The notes: generated by a model not told the origin, from the sequence alone. Counted from the stretch's first letter, positions 13,098 through 26,514 are shown. The stretch is 64,000 bases of DNA from Octopus sinensis (GCF_006345805.1 NC_043010.1:682001-746000), one strand, 5' to 3'. Program-made: numbers and translations.

Positions 13098-13523
13098 CGT
13101 GCGTGGGTGTTGCTGTGTACGTGCGTGCGTGGATGTTGCTGTGTACGTGCGTGCGTGTGTGTGTGTGTGTGCGTGAAGTAAAATAGGTAAGGTACAACGC
13201 ACACAAACAAAAGAAAAGACAAAGAAGGAATGCTTTAGATGACTTGTATTTAAAACAGAACTCAATGTAATACTGTCTAAGTTAATATGGATGCTAAGCG
13301 AACAAAGAGTGAACCGATCCGACAGAAAGGAAAACAGAAATAAAGACAGGAAAAAATAATGGCTGAATTTAGAAGACACCAACGAAAATCTGACAAATAT
13401 ATTTAACATGAATATAGGGAATTAGGGGCGTTATGCAACTACAAAATTATTATGGAGATATTCTTTGAAGGATTACAAGACAATCGAGGAATGTAAAAAC
13501 GAATACAACTAGTAAGAAAACAA

Positions 13524-13662
13524 AATGGCTGTGTGGTTAAGAGGCTTACTGTAAAACACTGTGTTTTCAGGTTCAATTTCAGCTCGGGGGCACCCTAAGG
13601 CAAGTATCTATTTCTTCCTACACCCTTAGGGCTGACAAATACCTTGTGAGTAAATTTTGTAA
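13524..13662 (+). mobile_element. SINE family A head, degenerate
   Basis: atggctgtgtggttaagagg...gacaaataccttgtgagt. Confidence 0.6.
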
Positions 13663-13911
13663 ATATATGTGTTTGTTTATAACTTGCTATAACTCAATTT
13701 CTATTTTTGCATCACAACGTATTTGTATCTGTACCTATTAAACCACCTCTCTCTCTCTCTCTCTCTCTCTGTTTCCTCATACGCGTACATACATACACGC
13801 ATGTAGATATACATACACACACACACAAGTAATATTTCGAACGCAGTATAGCCGTGAAAACGACAGAAAGGTTGGGTATTCTACCCTTATAAGGTGGAAA
13901 AGTTATCAGCA

Positions 13912-13982
13912 GACGGCTACGGGACTCGAACTCGTACCCAACAGATACCGGTTGAGTACTCTACCATTAAGCTAAAAGGCCC
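13912..13982 (-). pseudogene. tRNA-like Pol III element (A and B boxes, acceptor stem unpaired)
   Basis: Minus strand GGCCTTTTAGCTTAATGGTAGAGTACTCAACCGGTATCTGTTGGGTACGAGTTCGAGTCCCGTAGCCGTC. D-arm and T-loop present, variable loop absent. Confidence 0.6.
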
Positions 13983-14618
13983 CCCGACAACAATTACCGT
14001 CAATTTTAGCGATAAATAATAATAATAGCCTTTAGAAAGCGACATTTTATAAACAAACTTTGGAAGCGTCGAATGTGTTTGGTATTTTACAGACGAGAAA
14101 TTAAATTACGAGTGGAGTATAACCGTGAAAACAGCAGAAAGATCGTGTGTGCACGCGTGTGTGTGTGTGTGTGTGTGTGTGTGTTTATACAAATAGACAT
14201 ATGCATATATGCATACATGCATGCCTTTATTTGGCATATATGCGTAACTGTATTTGTTTGTGCACGTGCGTGTAGCAGTATGTCTATCTGTTCTTTTGCT
14301 TCATTAATATTTCTCCCAAACTGGAAGAGATAATGAAATGAAAGTCCGTACATACACTGATTGTGATGCTAACCCCATCTCACGTGTTTTCCATCGAAAC
14401 TCTCTTTCACGGTGGCGATGGCACTTCTTGTTAGAGCCAGCATGCATGGAAGCACCCTCTCGCATCTCTCATAATTATCACACTTCTCTATACACAACGT
14501 GACCTGACTACCACATTGCACTCATCATGCAACATGCTAATGTAACCTCTCCACACTGCGTCATATCAGCTTATATATTACACCAGTGCTTATCCTGTAA
14601 CATCGTAGTTTATTTATT

Positions 14619-14817
14619 GGTTTCATGTTTTGGCACAGGGCCAGCAAGTTCAGGGGAGGGATAAGTCGATTATATTGACCCCAATGCTTAACTGGTACCT
14701 ATTTTGTTTGACCCCGAATGATTGAAAAGCAAGATTGTTTTCACAGAATTTGAACTCAGCACGTGAAGATGAAGGAGTTCTGCCCGGCGTGCTAACGATT
14801 CTGCCAGCTCGCCGCCT
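14619..14817 (-). mobile_element. SINE family D (tRNA-derived); fragments also at 33140-33245 and ~47400-47510
   Basis: Minus head aggcggcgagctggcagaatcgttagcacgccgggc...ctgagttcaaattc. Confidence 0.8.
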
Positions 14818-15084
14818 TGCAATCTACGTATTTCATAGCCACATATCCTGCGACGTTGATCCATGTATATTAAAGCATTATATATCCTCATGTCAGACCT
14901 GCGATGGAATTACACAATAGCAACAGCGTCACACAAATGTTACACTTTACTTTGTACTTGGCCTTTTGTTATACTTTGTCCTATACAAAACGCATGCACT
15001 CACATTTATACACAGTTACATATATACACACACTCATACATATACACTCATTCACATACCTATAATGCCACATTATTTCTTAGA

Positions 15085-15386
15085 AAATAGTTGTTTGGTT
15101 TCAGTCAAGTGCTTTCGGGTTCAGTTCCATTATGCGTCACAAATCATTCCGTAGACGGAAACTGTATGGAAGCCTGTCGTGGTAAAAACCTTGTTTCTCA
15201 ACCATATGGTTGTGGCTTCAATCCCATTGTGTGGCACCTTAGGCAAGTGTCTTCTACCATAGTCACAAGTCAACCAAAGATTTGAGCGTGGATTTGGTAG
15301 AAGGAAATAGAAAGAAGCCCGTCGTATATAAATATATGTGTGTGAGCGTGTGTGTGTGTGTGTGAGCGTGTGTGTGTGTGTGTGTG

Positions 15387-15419
<33 letters not shown>

Positions 15420-15820
15420 CGTCCCACCACCACTTGTATTGGTGTGTTTACGTCTCCGAAGCTTAGCGGTTCGGCAAAAGAGAATGAATACCAGCCTTTA
15501 AAAAAGAAGTACAGGGATTGAATCATTCGATCAAAAATTCTTCAAGACGGTGCTCCAGCATGACCGCTGTCTAATGACTGAAACAAGCAAGAGATTTAAA
15601 AAATAAAAGATGCTTGTGTATCTGCTTCTGTTTTTGCGTCGGCTCTGCTCCCACTCAGCGAGTTTACGTTCTCGTTACTTAGCGGTTCGGCAAAAGGTAC
15701 CAATTGAATTACTATCAGATTTTTTAAAAAAGAATAAGTACTGAGGATTGATTTGTTCTACTAAACCCTTCGATGCGGTGCTCCAGCGTTGCCACAGTGC
15801 TTTGAGTGAAACAAGGAAAA
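15085..15820 (+). mobile_element. Cluster of SINE family A pieces (near-full copy 15205-15594, extra tail 15660-15820)
   Basis: Family A core and tail motifs are repeated. Confidence 0.8.
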
Positions 15821-16430
15821 AATAAACGAAAGAAGGTGGTAGAGTTGATGGATCCGGGTTAACCTGGGACAAGTATTCAACAAACCAATGACCAACCAAC
15901 CAACCAACTAGCCAACCAGCCAAACAACGGCCAGCGAATCGGCCAACAACCGAGCATTTACCTAAACCTCTGAAGGAAGCATTCGTCTGTCACACGGCTC
16001 GTGTGGCTCTGTGTTTGATCAAACTATTGTTTGGTGTTTTAACAACAGACATAAACAGCAAACAGGAAACCCAACCTGATTGACCGTAGGAACCAACATC
16101 CGCAGCAGCAGCAGCAGCAGCAGACCGCAAGCACACTTTTACTGACACACATCACACACACATACAGACACACATAAACTTAGTACAATATGTGTGTGTG
16201 TGTGTGTGTGTGTGTGTCGTCTCTGTGTGTTTTTGTGTTCTTGTCCCACTTTGTAATTTATCATAAGGGACTAAAGCCATCTGAATATGGCTAGGGACAG
16301 GGTAGGGTGGTGGGGGTGTTACTGTTGCATTTAGCCCCAGGCGAACATCAACGTCGCCAGATAGGCTTGACACCATCACGGCGTCCTCTATCCTGCAAAG
16401 GGAGATAATTCCCCGATGAAGCGGAAACCA

Positions 16431-16476
16431 CACACGGACCTAGGTTTCAAGGTGTATTGCCTATTATCAACGTGTG
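16431..16476 (-). ncRNA. Type I hammerhead motif, U3-A8 core variant
   Basis: Minus strand CACACG / TTGATAA / TAGG-CAATACA-CCTT / GAA / ACCTAGGT / C / CGTGTG. Helix I has 6 bp and the triplet is GUC. Confidence 0.7.
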
Positions 16477-16575
16477 GTAGGCACCGCTTCCTCGACGAAA
16501 AACTCACTCTGCAGGATATTTATATATAGATTTTCAAGCAAAATACATTTGCTGATTTCGAAAATCTGTTCGACA

Positions 16576-16656
16576 GCAATAATAATTCTCTAAATGAGAT
16601 ATAGACAGTATATGGAGCAGTTACTGTCTATATCTCATTTAGATAATTATTATTGC
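16576..16656. repeat. Hairpin, 35-bp arms (1 mismatch), 11-nt loop
   Basis: gcaataataattctctaaatgagatatagacagta and its reverse complement. Confidence 0.9.
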
Positions 16657-16907
16657 TTTGTAATTTATATTTTATATTTAATTTCTATACATAATATATA
16701 TATATATATATATATATTATATAATTAGGGCTTAGTAAAATAAATTACTTTGCCACATACTGAACTTAGTAGAAATAGCAGCCAAAAAAATTTTTTCTTA
16801 GCATTTCTACTACTTAAAGAAAATTTCTCTCAGATAATGTTTACTCCAGACAGCTCACGAGGGTTTGGGGGGGTAAATACAGAAAAATATCACAAGTACA
16901 TAGATCG

Positions 16908-16970
16908 TTTGAGTACGTCAACGTTTCAAGATTAGCCAAATAAAATCAGCATTTCTTTCGTCAGCTCAAA
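16908..16970 (-). ncRNA. Type I hammerhead ribozyme with intact core
   Basis: Minus strand TTTGAG / CTGACGA / AAGA-AAT-GCTGA-TTTTAT-TTGGC-TAA-TCTT / GAA / ACGT-TG-ACGT / A / CTCAAA. Triplet GUA. Confidence 0.85.
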
Positions 16971-17603
16971 ATTTCTTAATTTGGATTTGGAAACACTAAA
17001 AAGAAGGAACTTTACCTATCAGCGAACTTGTCGCTACAGATGAACCACTCCAACTAAACAGTGTCAACAAATTCAAAATGCGCAGGCGTAAAATTCTGCA
17101 CTCCCCATTCCACCCACGTGGTCTATCTAGCAAACATTATATTTTAACCGCGAGAACCAAGGCAGTATGACCGAGAGAAATGAATTATAATATCAACAAT
17201 TGAGGGTAAAATTAATTAATTTATCCTGTAATTCTTCTAGTTTCAGATTCATTCCCACTGTGCGGTGCTTTGGACAAACGTTTTCTACTACAGCGGAGAC
17301 GAATACCTTGTGAGCAAATATGGAAACTAAGTGGGCTTCCACACAATTTTTCCTCTACCAAGTTCACTTAAAACACATTCGTCGGCCGGGGATATGATAT
17401 AAGACAATTTCTAACCCTGGAGAAATTGTCTATCCCTAACCGTAACCCGAAACAAGGTAGTGGAATATGCCCACACACACACACACACACATTAATCGTT
17501 TTTTTGCATTGGGTATTAAATAATCAGATATTAGATAACAGCATACTTGTTATTTACGTAATACTATGTACTCCCCAGAGTTGGTGTAAAAAATATTATA
17601 CTG

Positions 17604-17692
17604 CCATCTCTGAAGAATACGTAGTGCTACTTATCTCGCTGTTATCTTGTTCCCAGTTATTTAATACCCAGTGCGAAACCGATTGGTAAGAT
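17604..17692 (+). ncRNA. Type I hammerhead motif with long helix II
   Basis: ATCT / CTGAAGA / 58-nt helix II region (ATAC...GTGC) / GAA / ACCGATTGGT / A / AGAT. Confidence 0.55.
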
Positions 17693-17825
17693 CGGTAGAA
17701 ATGGATCTATAATTTTGTATATTTTGATTAATCTAATATACTCACTCTGTTGATAAAAATACGAGTGCATATCTTTTATCTTACTTGTGAATTCTGAAAC
17801 TATACATACACACAAACATACATGC

Positions 17826-17859
<34 letters not shown>

Positions 17860-18000
17860 CATACATGTAGTATATATAATATACATATAACATGTATATA
17901 TATATACATATATATACAGATATATATACACATATATACATGTATATATATATATATATATATTTTATTTAATATATATATACATGTATATATATACATG

Positions 18001-18059
<59 letters not shown>

Positions 18060-19210
18060 TCAAAATAAAAACATGATGCCAAGGATTCAGCGGTACATAT
18101 GTTTGGGCCTTTATTAGACGGATTTATAACAATGCATAATGTGTGTCTATGGCCTTATTCAGCCGTGCACAATTACTACCTCAAGGACATGTATTACATC
18201 AAAAATTCTACGTTGGGGATGCAAATCCTCTCATTCGCGTACGACATAATGCGGTACCAGCACAAAATATATATATATACATATATATATACATATATCA
18301 CCTCGCTTCTGCGAAACGAAATGGAAGCGCTAAAGAAATAATTATCCAAAATTCTGACTAATTCCTTTTTTTAATGCATGAAATCTGCACATCACTTCAA
18401 ACAATCCATTCACTCATTCATCCACACATACATACATACATACATACTCAATATATACATACATGCATGCATGCATGCATACATACATACTCAATACATA
18501 CATACATGCATGTATGCATGCATGCATACATACATACATACATACATACATACATACATACTCAATACATACATACATACTCAATATATACATACATACA
18601 TACATACATACATACTCAATACATACATACATACATACTCAATATATACATACATGCATGCATGCATACATACATACTCAATACATACATACATGCATGC
18701 ATGCATGCATACATACATACATACATACATACATACATACATACATACATACATACATACATACATACATGCATACATACATACATACATACTCAATACA
18801 TGCAGTAGAATTAATTTATTTATTCAGATTTGACGATTCACTCTGAGCTTTTCTCTCTTCTATCTGTTTCTTTAGGCGAAAAATAATGGATTTGCCTGAA
18901 CGAATGCATGTATGCTAACGAATGTTTAAACAGCCCAGAAAATCTCTAAAGATAGGCGAAAAACATACATGGTTAACCGAGTAAGTAACATAGTCATATT
19001 TTGTAAATCATTGTTTGACATGAGTCATTTATTGTTAAGCTTTGAGCTAATACTCAACTGAACGCACGTAAACATACATCACTACAATGTATAAAATCAA
19101 CGTCGAATAAAACTTAAGTCAACATAACAACGTAGGCAACAACTATATCTTTCGATCGAAGATTAATAAAGCTAACTTTGGGTTCGACATATTAAAATGA
19201 TTCAAAAATA

Positions 19211-19610
19211 TTGGGTTGTCCAGAAAGTTCGTGCCGATTTATAGTAGCTTATCTTTCGACTCATTTTAGAACATGGTTGAGTCCACAAAATAGGATTTGA
19301 CTACACCTCCATTTAGAGCACAGTTTAAGCTATCTTTTCGTGGAAGAAGGCTTATGTTCCTACAACCTGTGTGAATTCTGTAACCCTATAAAATGAAAGA
19401 TAAGAAAGTTCATTTTCGGTACTTGATGCTTTGGGAACCAGACTAAAATTACTGCAGCTCAGCTGGGATGTGTTACCCCACCCTCCATATTCACCAGATA
19501 TTGCTCCTTCGGATTTCCACTTACTCAGATCTTTGCAGAATAGACTTAATGGTAAAAATTTCAATTTCTTGAATGACGTCAAAAGATACCTTGATGAATT
19601 CTTTGCCATG
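19211..19610 (+). mobile_element. Internally deleted mariner transposon
   Basis: TA followed by TIR ttgggttgtccagaaagttcgtgccga; MKDKKVHFRYLMLW fused to WDVLPHPPYSPDIAPSDFHL. Confidence 0.9.
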
Positions 19611-19760
19611 AATACTAGAAGGTGCCATGCAGTGGGACCGAACCCAGAACTATGTGGTTGGGAAGCAAGCTTCTTACCATACAGCCACACCTACGTGTTT
19701 ATTTTTGTAAATTTTCATGCTTTTATTTTCATGTTCGCAGAAATTGCCTTAAAGTTGAAT

Positions 19761-20057
19761 ATCACGTGATCACGTGACCGACCAGACTATCAGATGTTGC
19801 TACACATCGCTGGTCACAATGCGCTTCGCATTGCTTTAGTCTTCAAATGATGCCACCCCGCTGGCTAAGCGAGCTGGCCAACAGAAGAAAGAGTGAGGGA
19901 AAGAGTACAGCAGGGGTCGCCACCCCCCTGCCGGAGCTTCGTGGAGCTTTAGGTGTTTTCGCTCAATAAACACTCGCAACTCTCGGTCTGGGAATCGAAA
20001 CTGTGATTCTACGACTGCGAGTACGCTACCCTAACCACTGGGCCATTGCGCTTCACA
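19761..20057 (-). mobile_element. SINE family B, full length, with target-site duplication
   Basis: tRNA head at 20057; flanks aaagttgaatatc (19751) and aaagttgaaaatatc (20057). Confidence 0.9.
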
Positions 20058-21251
20058 AAGTTGAAAATATCGACCGAATTTGAGGTTTTTTTTCCATTAA
20101 TTTCTCAGAAAAACAAACAAAAATCACGCGAAGTCAAGAGGGACGTTCATTCCAAAGGACGAGAACTGAGGTACGTTTGCACTTAAAAAAGCGTGAAATA
20201 AACAAATAAATACCCTAAAGAAAAGAACAGATAACTCAATTACTGTCGGCGGACCCAGAATATTATAATGTTATAAAAGAAGAAAGACAAAAAAAAAAGA
20301 GAAAAAAGAAAAGAAAAGGGAAACATCAAAACTCTAAACAATGGAAAGCAAAGTCTGAAAGGTAAACGTAGCAGGTGCGAAACAAAGGAAAACCACCAGA
20401 AAGTTCAACCAAACTAGTGAGTCTACCTGCAGCATATCGACCGAGAAGAGACCAACGAAAATCTGAACACAATTGAATAAAGGACTGATCCGAAAGCATA
20501 GAGAAAAAATACGTTGGAAATATTGAATATGAGAATCAACTAAAGGTGGAAACGGTTATAGAATAATAAAAAAAAAAAATCGATAAAAAATCTTCTTTTG
20601 GAGCAGCGAAGGAAAACAGTTTCGAAGATAAAAGCTAATGATATAAAAATATGATAAAGAGACAGCGATAAATAAAGAAGATGACAAACTGGGGCATCGT
20701 GGCAGACATACTGGAAATAGACGAGGACATCAATATTTACAGCGATAAAGAAACTAATCTACACAGCAGCAGCAGCAACACTAGCAGCAGCAGTTGTGGT
20801 AGATACAATGGTAAAATGACTGTTACTTCACATCCGAACTCAAACACAAATGTATAAAGAGAAATACAGAACAGAACAACATAAAATCTTTTCAACCCTT
20901 AACAAAAGACAAAGCAACACACACGCACGCACACGCACACGCACACACACACACACATACACATATACACACACACACACACATCATACACACACATGCA
21001 CATACACACGCGTGCGCAAAACCTTATGCAACTTTAAGTATGGAACACAATCGAAGACAATCAAAAACAAAAGTTTACCCAAAAATCTATTAATTTCCAC
21101 ATTTCTATAAACTTAGACTAATCTTTTTGCAAAGCATGTATATATATATATATATATTATATATATATATATGTATGTATATATATTATACATATATATG
21201 TACATATATTATACATACACACACATATATACGTATATATATGTATATATA

Positions 21252-21314
<63 letters not shown>

Positions 21315-21382
21315 TATACACCCACATACAACACGTATATATATGCACATACTGACTCATGTGCATATATATATACATATGC

Positions 21383-21445
<63 letters not shown>

Positions 21446-21606
21446 GTAAAGTTTATTTGCCAACATAATGTGGTGGTCCTATAAAGGATAATGGTACTGT
21501 TGTTTAAGCCCCAGGAAAGCATCTTTTCCAGCTGGCTTTCGACAGTCTGTGTCCCTATAGTATTTGCAAGGGAGGTCATCGCTCCCATCTCCCGCCTTAC
21601 GTGATA

Positions 21607-21651
21607 CCCACAGATCATGGTTTCTGACTGTTTAACCATCCTCAATGTGAG
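21607..21651 (-). ncRNA. Type I hammerhead motif, U3.G8 core
   Basis: Minus strand CTCACA / TTGAGGA / TGGTT-AAAC-AGTCA / GAA / ACCATGAT / C / TGTGGG. Confidence 0.6.
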
Positions 21652-21739
21652 ATAATCACTGGCCGTTGATGAAAGCTTTCTCCATTTGCCAAATCACTGA
21701 CAGATTTAATAGAAGCTATTTTTCTCTATACGAGATCAG

Positions 21740-21980
21740 TGATGTAGCAGCAGTGCCAACAATTGTCGGAGTCCTGGGAACAGTGAGCAAAAATCTCGAG
21801 AAGTACGTGGAACAAATAGGGGCTGCTATAAGGGTGGAGCTCTTGCAGGAAACAGCACTACTTGGAACCGCTCAAATACTTACTCGGGGGTACTCGAAAA
21901 ATAAGAGGTGTTACTTAGTTCACTGGTAGTGAACAGCTGACACCGTAGTACATCTCCAGCGTTAGAAGCTGTGCAAAGGC
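21740..21980 (+). mobile_element. R4/Dong-like non-LTR retrotransposon 3' end (restriction-like endonuclease C-terminus)
   Basis: VPTIVGVLGTVSKNLEKYVEQIG...LLQETALLGTAQIL, followed by (AAT)n. Confidence 0.8.
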
Positions 21981-21997
21981 AATAATAATAATAATAA

Positions 21998-22031
<34 letters not shown>

Positions 22032-22292
22032 TAATAATAATAATAATAATGATGATGATGATGAGGATGATGATGATGATGAGGATGATGATGATGAGGA
22101 TGAGGATGATGATGATGATGAGGATGATGAGGATGATGAGACGATGATGACAAAAGCAACAATAACAACCGCAATAACTGTTACAATAAAAGATTTAAAT
22201 ATAAGACTGAATTACAAATTCTTGGAAATTAATGATATAAAGTAAAACACAGATACACACACTCACGCACGCACACGCACGCACACACGCAT

Positions 22293-22343
<51 letters not shown>

Positions 22344-22653
22344 AATATGCAGGGAAAAAGGTTGGAAAGGTCTATTACGGCGATATTAGATAAATGCTCA
22401 GAACTGGAATTATATGATAAACGAATAAGTTAATAGGTAACGATGACCTAGGTGTGTTCAGGTAATCACGTATATTCTCAACTGTAAGTTAAGTGAATTA
22501 GTGATACTAGATTGGAAAACAAGGGAAATAATGACTGCATTTTGTGTCTGAAGTTGGACACAGAAAAATTATATTTACGTCGTGGACAACACATGTATGT
22601 CAGAGTCTTCAGCAATTGGAAAAGATTAATAAAATATTCCAAGAAGGACTAAG

Positions 22654-22742
<89 letters not shown>

Positions 22743-22860
22743 ATATTATATATATGTATATGTATATATATATATGTATGTATGTATATATAATATATAT
22801 GTGTGTGTGAGTGTGAATTTTGAACGAATATCTCTCTCTCTCTCTCTCTCCCCCCTCTAC

Positions 22861-22892
<32 letters not shown>

Positions 22893-22994
22893 GTATATAT
22901 ATGTACATATATGTATGTATGTATGTATTTATGTATGTATGTATGTATGAATACAGTAAGTTCAAGAATGAAAGTGTTGGTATTATATTTATTC

Positions 22995-23097
22995 TTTGGT
23001 TACGATCGTTTCAACAGTACGTGGTTCAGATACCTCATGTATTTATAATACAAGTATGGTTATTGGCTGAGTATGGTTATTGTCTCTATCAGACAAA
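22995..23097 (-). ncRNA. Degenerate hammerhead motif (1-nt insertion in core)
   Basis: Minus strand TTTGT / CTGAT(A)GA / GACAATA...TACTGTT / GAA / ACGATCGT / A / ACCAAA. Confidence 0.45.
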
Positions 23098-23099
23098 CG

Positions 23100-23425
23100 A
23101 GAAACTTTTGAAATATGGATATATAGGATAAAAATAACTTAGGAAAATCATTAACTAACAAAGATGTGCAACAACTAGGAGATACAAAATATATTACGCT
23201 TAGCTATTAAAAGAAGGAAGTTAAAGTACTTTGATCACATAGTAAAAGCACAAAGTACAAAATGGTTATTACTGGAAGGAAAGATGAATAGCAATCACTC
23301 GTGAGGGAGTACCAGAACTAACAGGTTCGATAACATCAAGGATCTGTGAATGTGTAAGACTGTCAAAGAAAAGACCTGAATGCCGATATTGAATCTCCTG
23401 AGAGCGGATGACATCTAATGATGAA
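23100..23425 (+). mobile_element. Degenerate RTE LINE 3' end
   Basis: RKLKYFDHIVKA..LLEGKMN in broken frames. Confidence 0.6.
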
Positions 23426-23582
23426 TATCACAACTTATTGCATGTGATCCATGTTCATCTCATCACACAAGGGTGAAAGAAAAAGGAATACAAATGACAA
23501 TTGTTATGGCATATATATAGAGAGAATAAAAAGATAGTCAGAATGTTGGATGATTATATATATATATGTATGTATATATATA

Positions 23583-23723
23583 CTCTTTTACTCTTTTACT
23601 TGTTTCAGTCATTTGACTGCGGCCATGCTGGAGCACCGCCTTTAGTCGAGCAAATCAACCCCGGGACTTATTCTTTGTAAGCCCAGTACTTATTCTATCG
23701 GTCTCTTTTGCCGAACCGCTAAG
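23583..23723 (-). mobile_element. SINE family A 3' tail
   Basis: ctcttttactcttttacttgtttcagtcatttgactgcggccatgctggagcaccgcc. Confidence 0.9.
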
Positions 23724-23724
23724 T

Positions 23725-23828
23725 TTTATTTACATCTTATTTACATTGTTAGCGCTTTCTCCCGTAATCGGATGTATAAATCCGATAACGGAAGAAGGCG
23801 CTAAAAATGTAAATAAAGTGTAAATAAA
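23725..23828. repeat. Imperfect ~100-nt hairpin
   Basis: tttatttacatcttatttacattgttagcgctttctcccgtaatcggat, loop gtataa, then the complementary arm with ~6 mismatches. Confidence 0.8.
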
Positions 23829-23901
23829 TAAAACACTGTATATAATCATCCAACATTCTGACTACCTTATTACTCTAATACACAGTATCTCTACATCACT
23901 T

Positions 23902-24022
<121 letters not shown>

Positions 24023-24059
24023 AGTATATAATATATATATATATTATATATATATATAT

Positions 24060-24091
<32 letters not shown>

Positions 24092-24121
24092 TACATATAA
24101 TATATATATAATATAATATAT

Positions 24122-24180
<59 letters not shown>

Positions 24181-24198
24181 AATAATAGTACTCTTCTG

Positions 24199-24549
24199 TG
24201 TGGAGGCGCAATGGCCCAGTGGTTAGGACAGCGGACTCGCGGTCGTAGGATCGCGGTTTCGACTCCCAGACCGGGCATTGTGATTGTTTATTGAGCGAAA
24301 ATACCACGATGCGCCGGCAGTGGGTGGTGGTGAACCCTGCTGTACTCTTTCACCACAACTTTCTCTCACTGTTTCTTCCTGTTTCTGTTGTACCTGTATT
24401 TCAAAGGGCCAGCCATGTCACACTGTGCCACGCTGAATCTCCCAGAGAACTACATTAAGGGTACACTTGCACGTTGATAAATGAGCTGCGACGTCACTGG
24501 TGCCAAGCCTGGATAACATCGGTGGCGTGGAGAGGGGAGGCCAGTACAC
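24199..24549 (+). mobile_element. SINE family B with alternative body
   Basis: tgtggaggcgcaatggcccagtggttagg...ggtttcgactcccagaccggg head. Confidence 0.85.
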
Positions 24550-25054
24550 ATATATATTGTAACATTAAATATTAATAGTTTTAGAAGGTCCGAAACCCGG
24601 TTAGAGCACTATAATGACCACACCCATTTCTAACCGAACTCCGCATAGATAAAAGGCTGTAATATACCGGTTCTCTAGATAAGATTAGAGAGTTTAACAT
24701 ATTACCCCATCCTGTTTATATAGTTAAATATCACCCGAGTAAAAAAGTTGATAAATCGATGGATCGATTTCGACAATCTCCGATGTATTTCTGAAAGAAA
24801 TAGAAATGCTAACTAAATATGAATACGGAGAAATAGGGATATCTCGATTGTGAAGTTCGAAAATCCCAAGAATAAGAATAGATAAAAAATAGATAAAAAT
24901 TATAGATAAAAAAAAAATATATATGTATAGACATATATATATGTTTATGTGTGTGTGTGTGTGTATGTGTGTATACAATACAATCAATATGTATATGTAT
25001 AAATATGAATATTATATTCATATATATGTGTATATATGAATATATATATGTATA

Positions 25055-25112
<58 letters not shown>

Positions 25113-25208
25113 TACGTATATATGTGTATATATGAATATATGTTTATATATGTATATGGGTATATATGAATATATGAATTTATATACACATATTCATTTA
25201 TAGATTCG

Positions 25209-25247
<39 letters not shown>

Positions 25248-25555
25248 ACAATAAACGTATATAGACAGCATAGAGAAATTATTACAAGACCCTGAGAGAG
25301 TGAAAGGGAAAAAAAGAGAGAGGGCGGAGAGAGAGATAGTTTGCGAAAGAATATGCATGCGTTCAAGACACATATACACACCACCGCGCGTGCACACGTT
25401 GCGTAAAATATCTTCAATATAATAGAATAAGAGCAAAAAAAAAAATAAAATAAGAAAAAAATGCAAACCAAAACATTGTACTTAGTCAAGGCACACATTG
25501 AAGTACGGCTGGTGATGCAGTGGAAGCGAGCCGTGGAAATATGATTACCGAAGAA

Positions 25556-25609
<54 letters not shown>

Positions 25610-25833
25610 CAGAAGAAGAAGCAGTAGTAGTTGTAGTAGTAGTAGTAGTAATCACTAATTTAATAGTGATGGCTTCTAATAATCGAGAAATATCACTGTT
25701 AGGCATTAAACACGCATTTCACAAGACGCCAGCGTGATGATGATGATTGATGATGAGTAATCACAAACAACAACACAATTTGTATCTTTGCGTGTGTGTG
25801 TGTAATATATATACATATGCACATACATATATG

Positions 25834-25864
<31 letters not shown>

Positions 25865-25875
25865 ATATATCTATA

Positions 25876-25906
<31 letters not shown>

Positions 25907-26514
25907 TATATATATATATATTATATTATATATATATAATATATATTATAATATTATACACGCATAAATGCATATGTACACACACACACATGTATGCATA
26001 TATGCATATATGAGTGTAAACATAGACAATACGAGAATATAATGTGATGCCGGAGATAAAATACCAAATACAAAGTAATATACAGACGAAATAACAACAA
26101 AAACAAGCGATAAAACAACAAACTAATTGAAACACTAGTTTGAATGTTTAGTATTGGCAAAAATACTGACGACATTTAAAAAGAATAAAGAAAACGAGGC
26201 TTAAACAAGACACGCATCCTACGTAAATCAGTTTGTTTACCATATTCTTGGAGTCTTCTACTTGTTTCAGTAATTGGACTGCGGCCATACTGTAGCATCA
26301 CCTTGAAGGGTTTTGTTTTTAGTTGATTTTTAAGTCCCTTGTATGTATTTTGTGTTTGGTACTTATTTACTTGATCTGTCTCTTCTTTGGTAAAATTACT
26401 GGCTTAGACAGAAAGATGTAAACAAATCAATGCCGGTTTTCAAGCGGGAGGCAGAGGAATAATATATACATGTATTCACATAGGTAATATATAGGATATA
26501 TGTAATATATGTAA

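Noticed and set aside
13378-20466. Exact 16-mer accaacgaaaatctga at 13378 and 20451
   Set aside because: One such match is plausible by chance in AT-rich DNA of this length, and the flanks do not align.
24575-24610. CCGAAACCCGGTT palindrome
   Set aside because: No CUGANGA-type core upstream.
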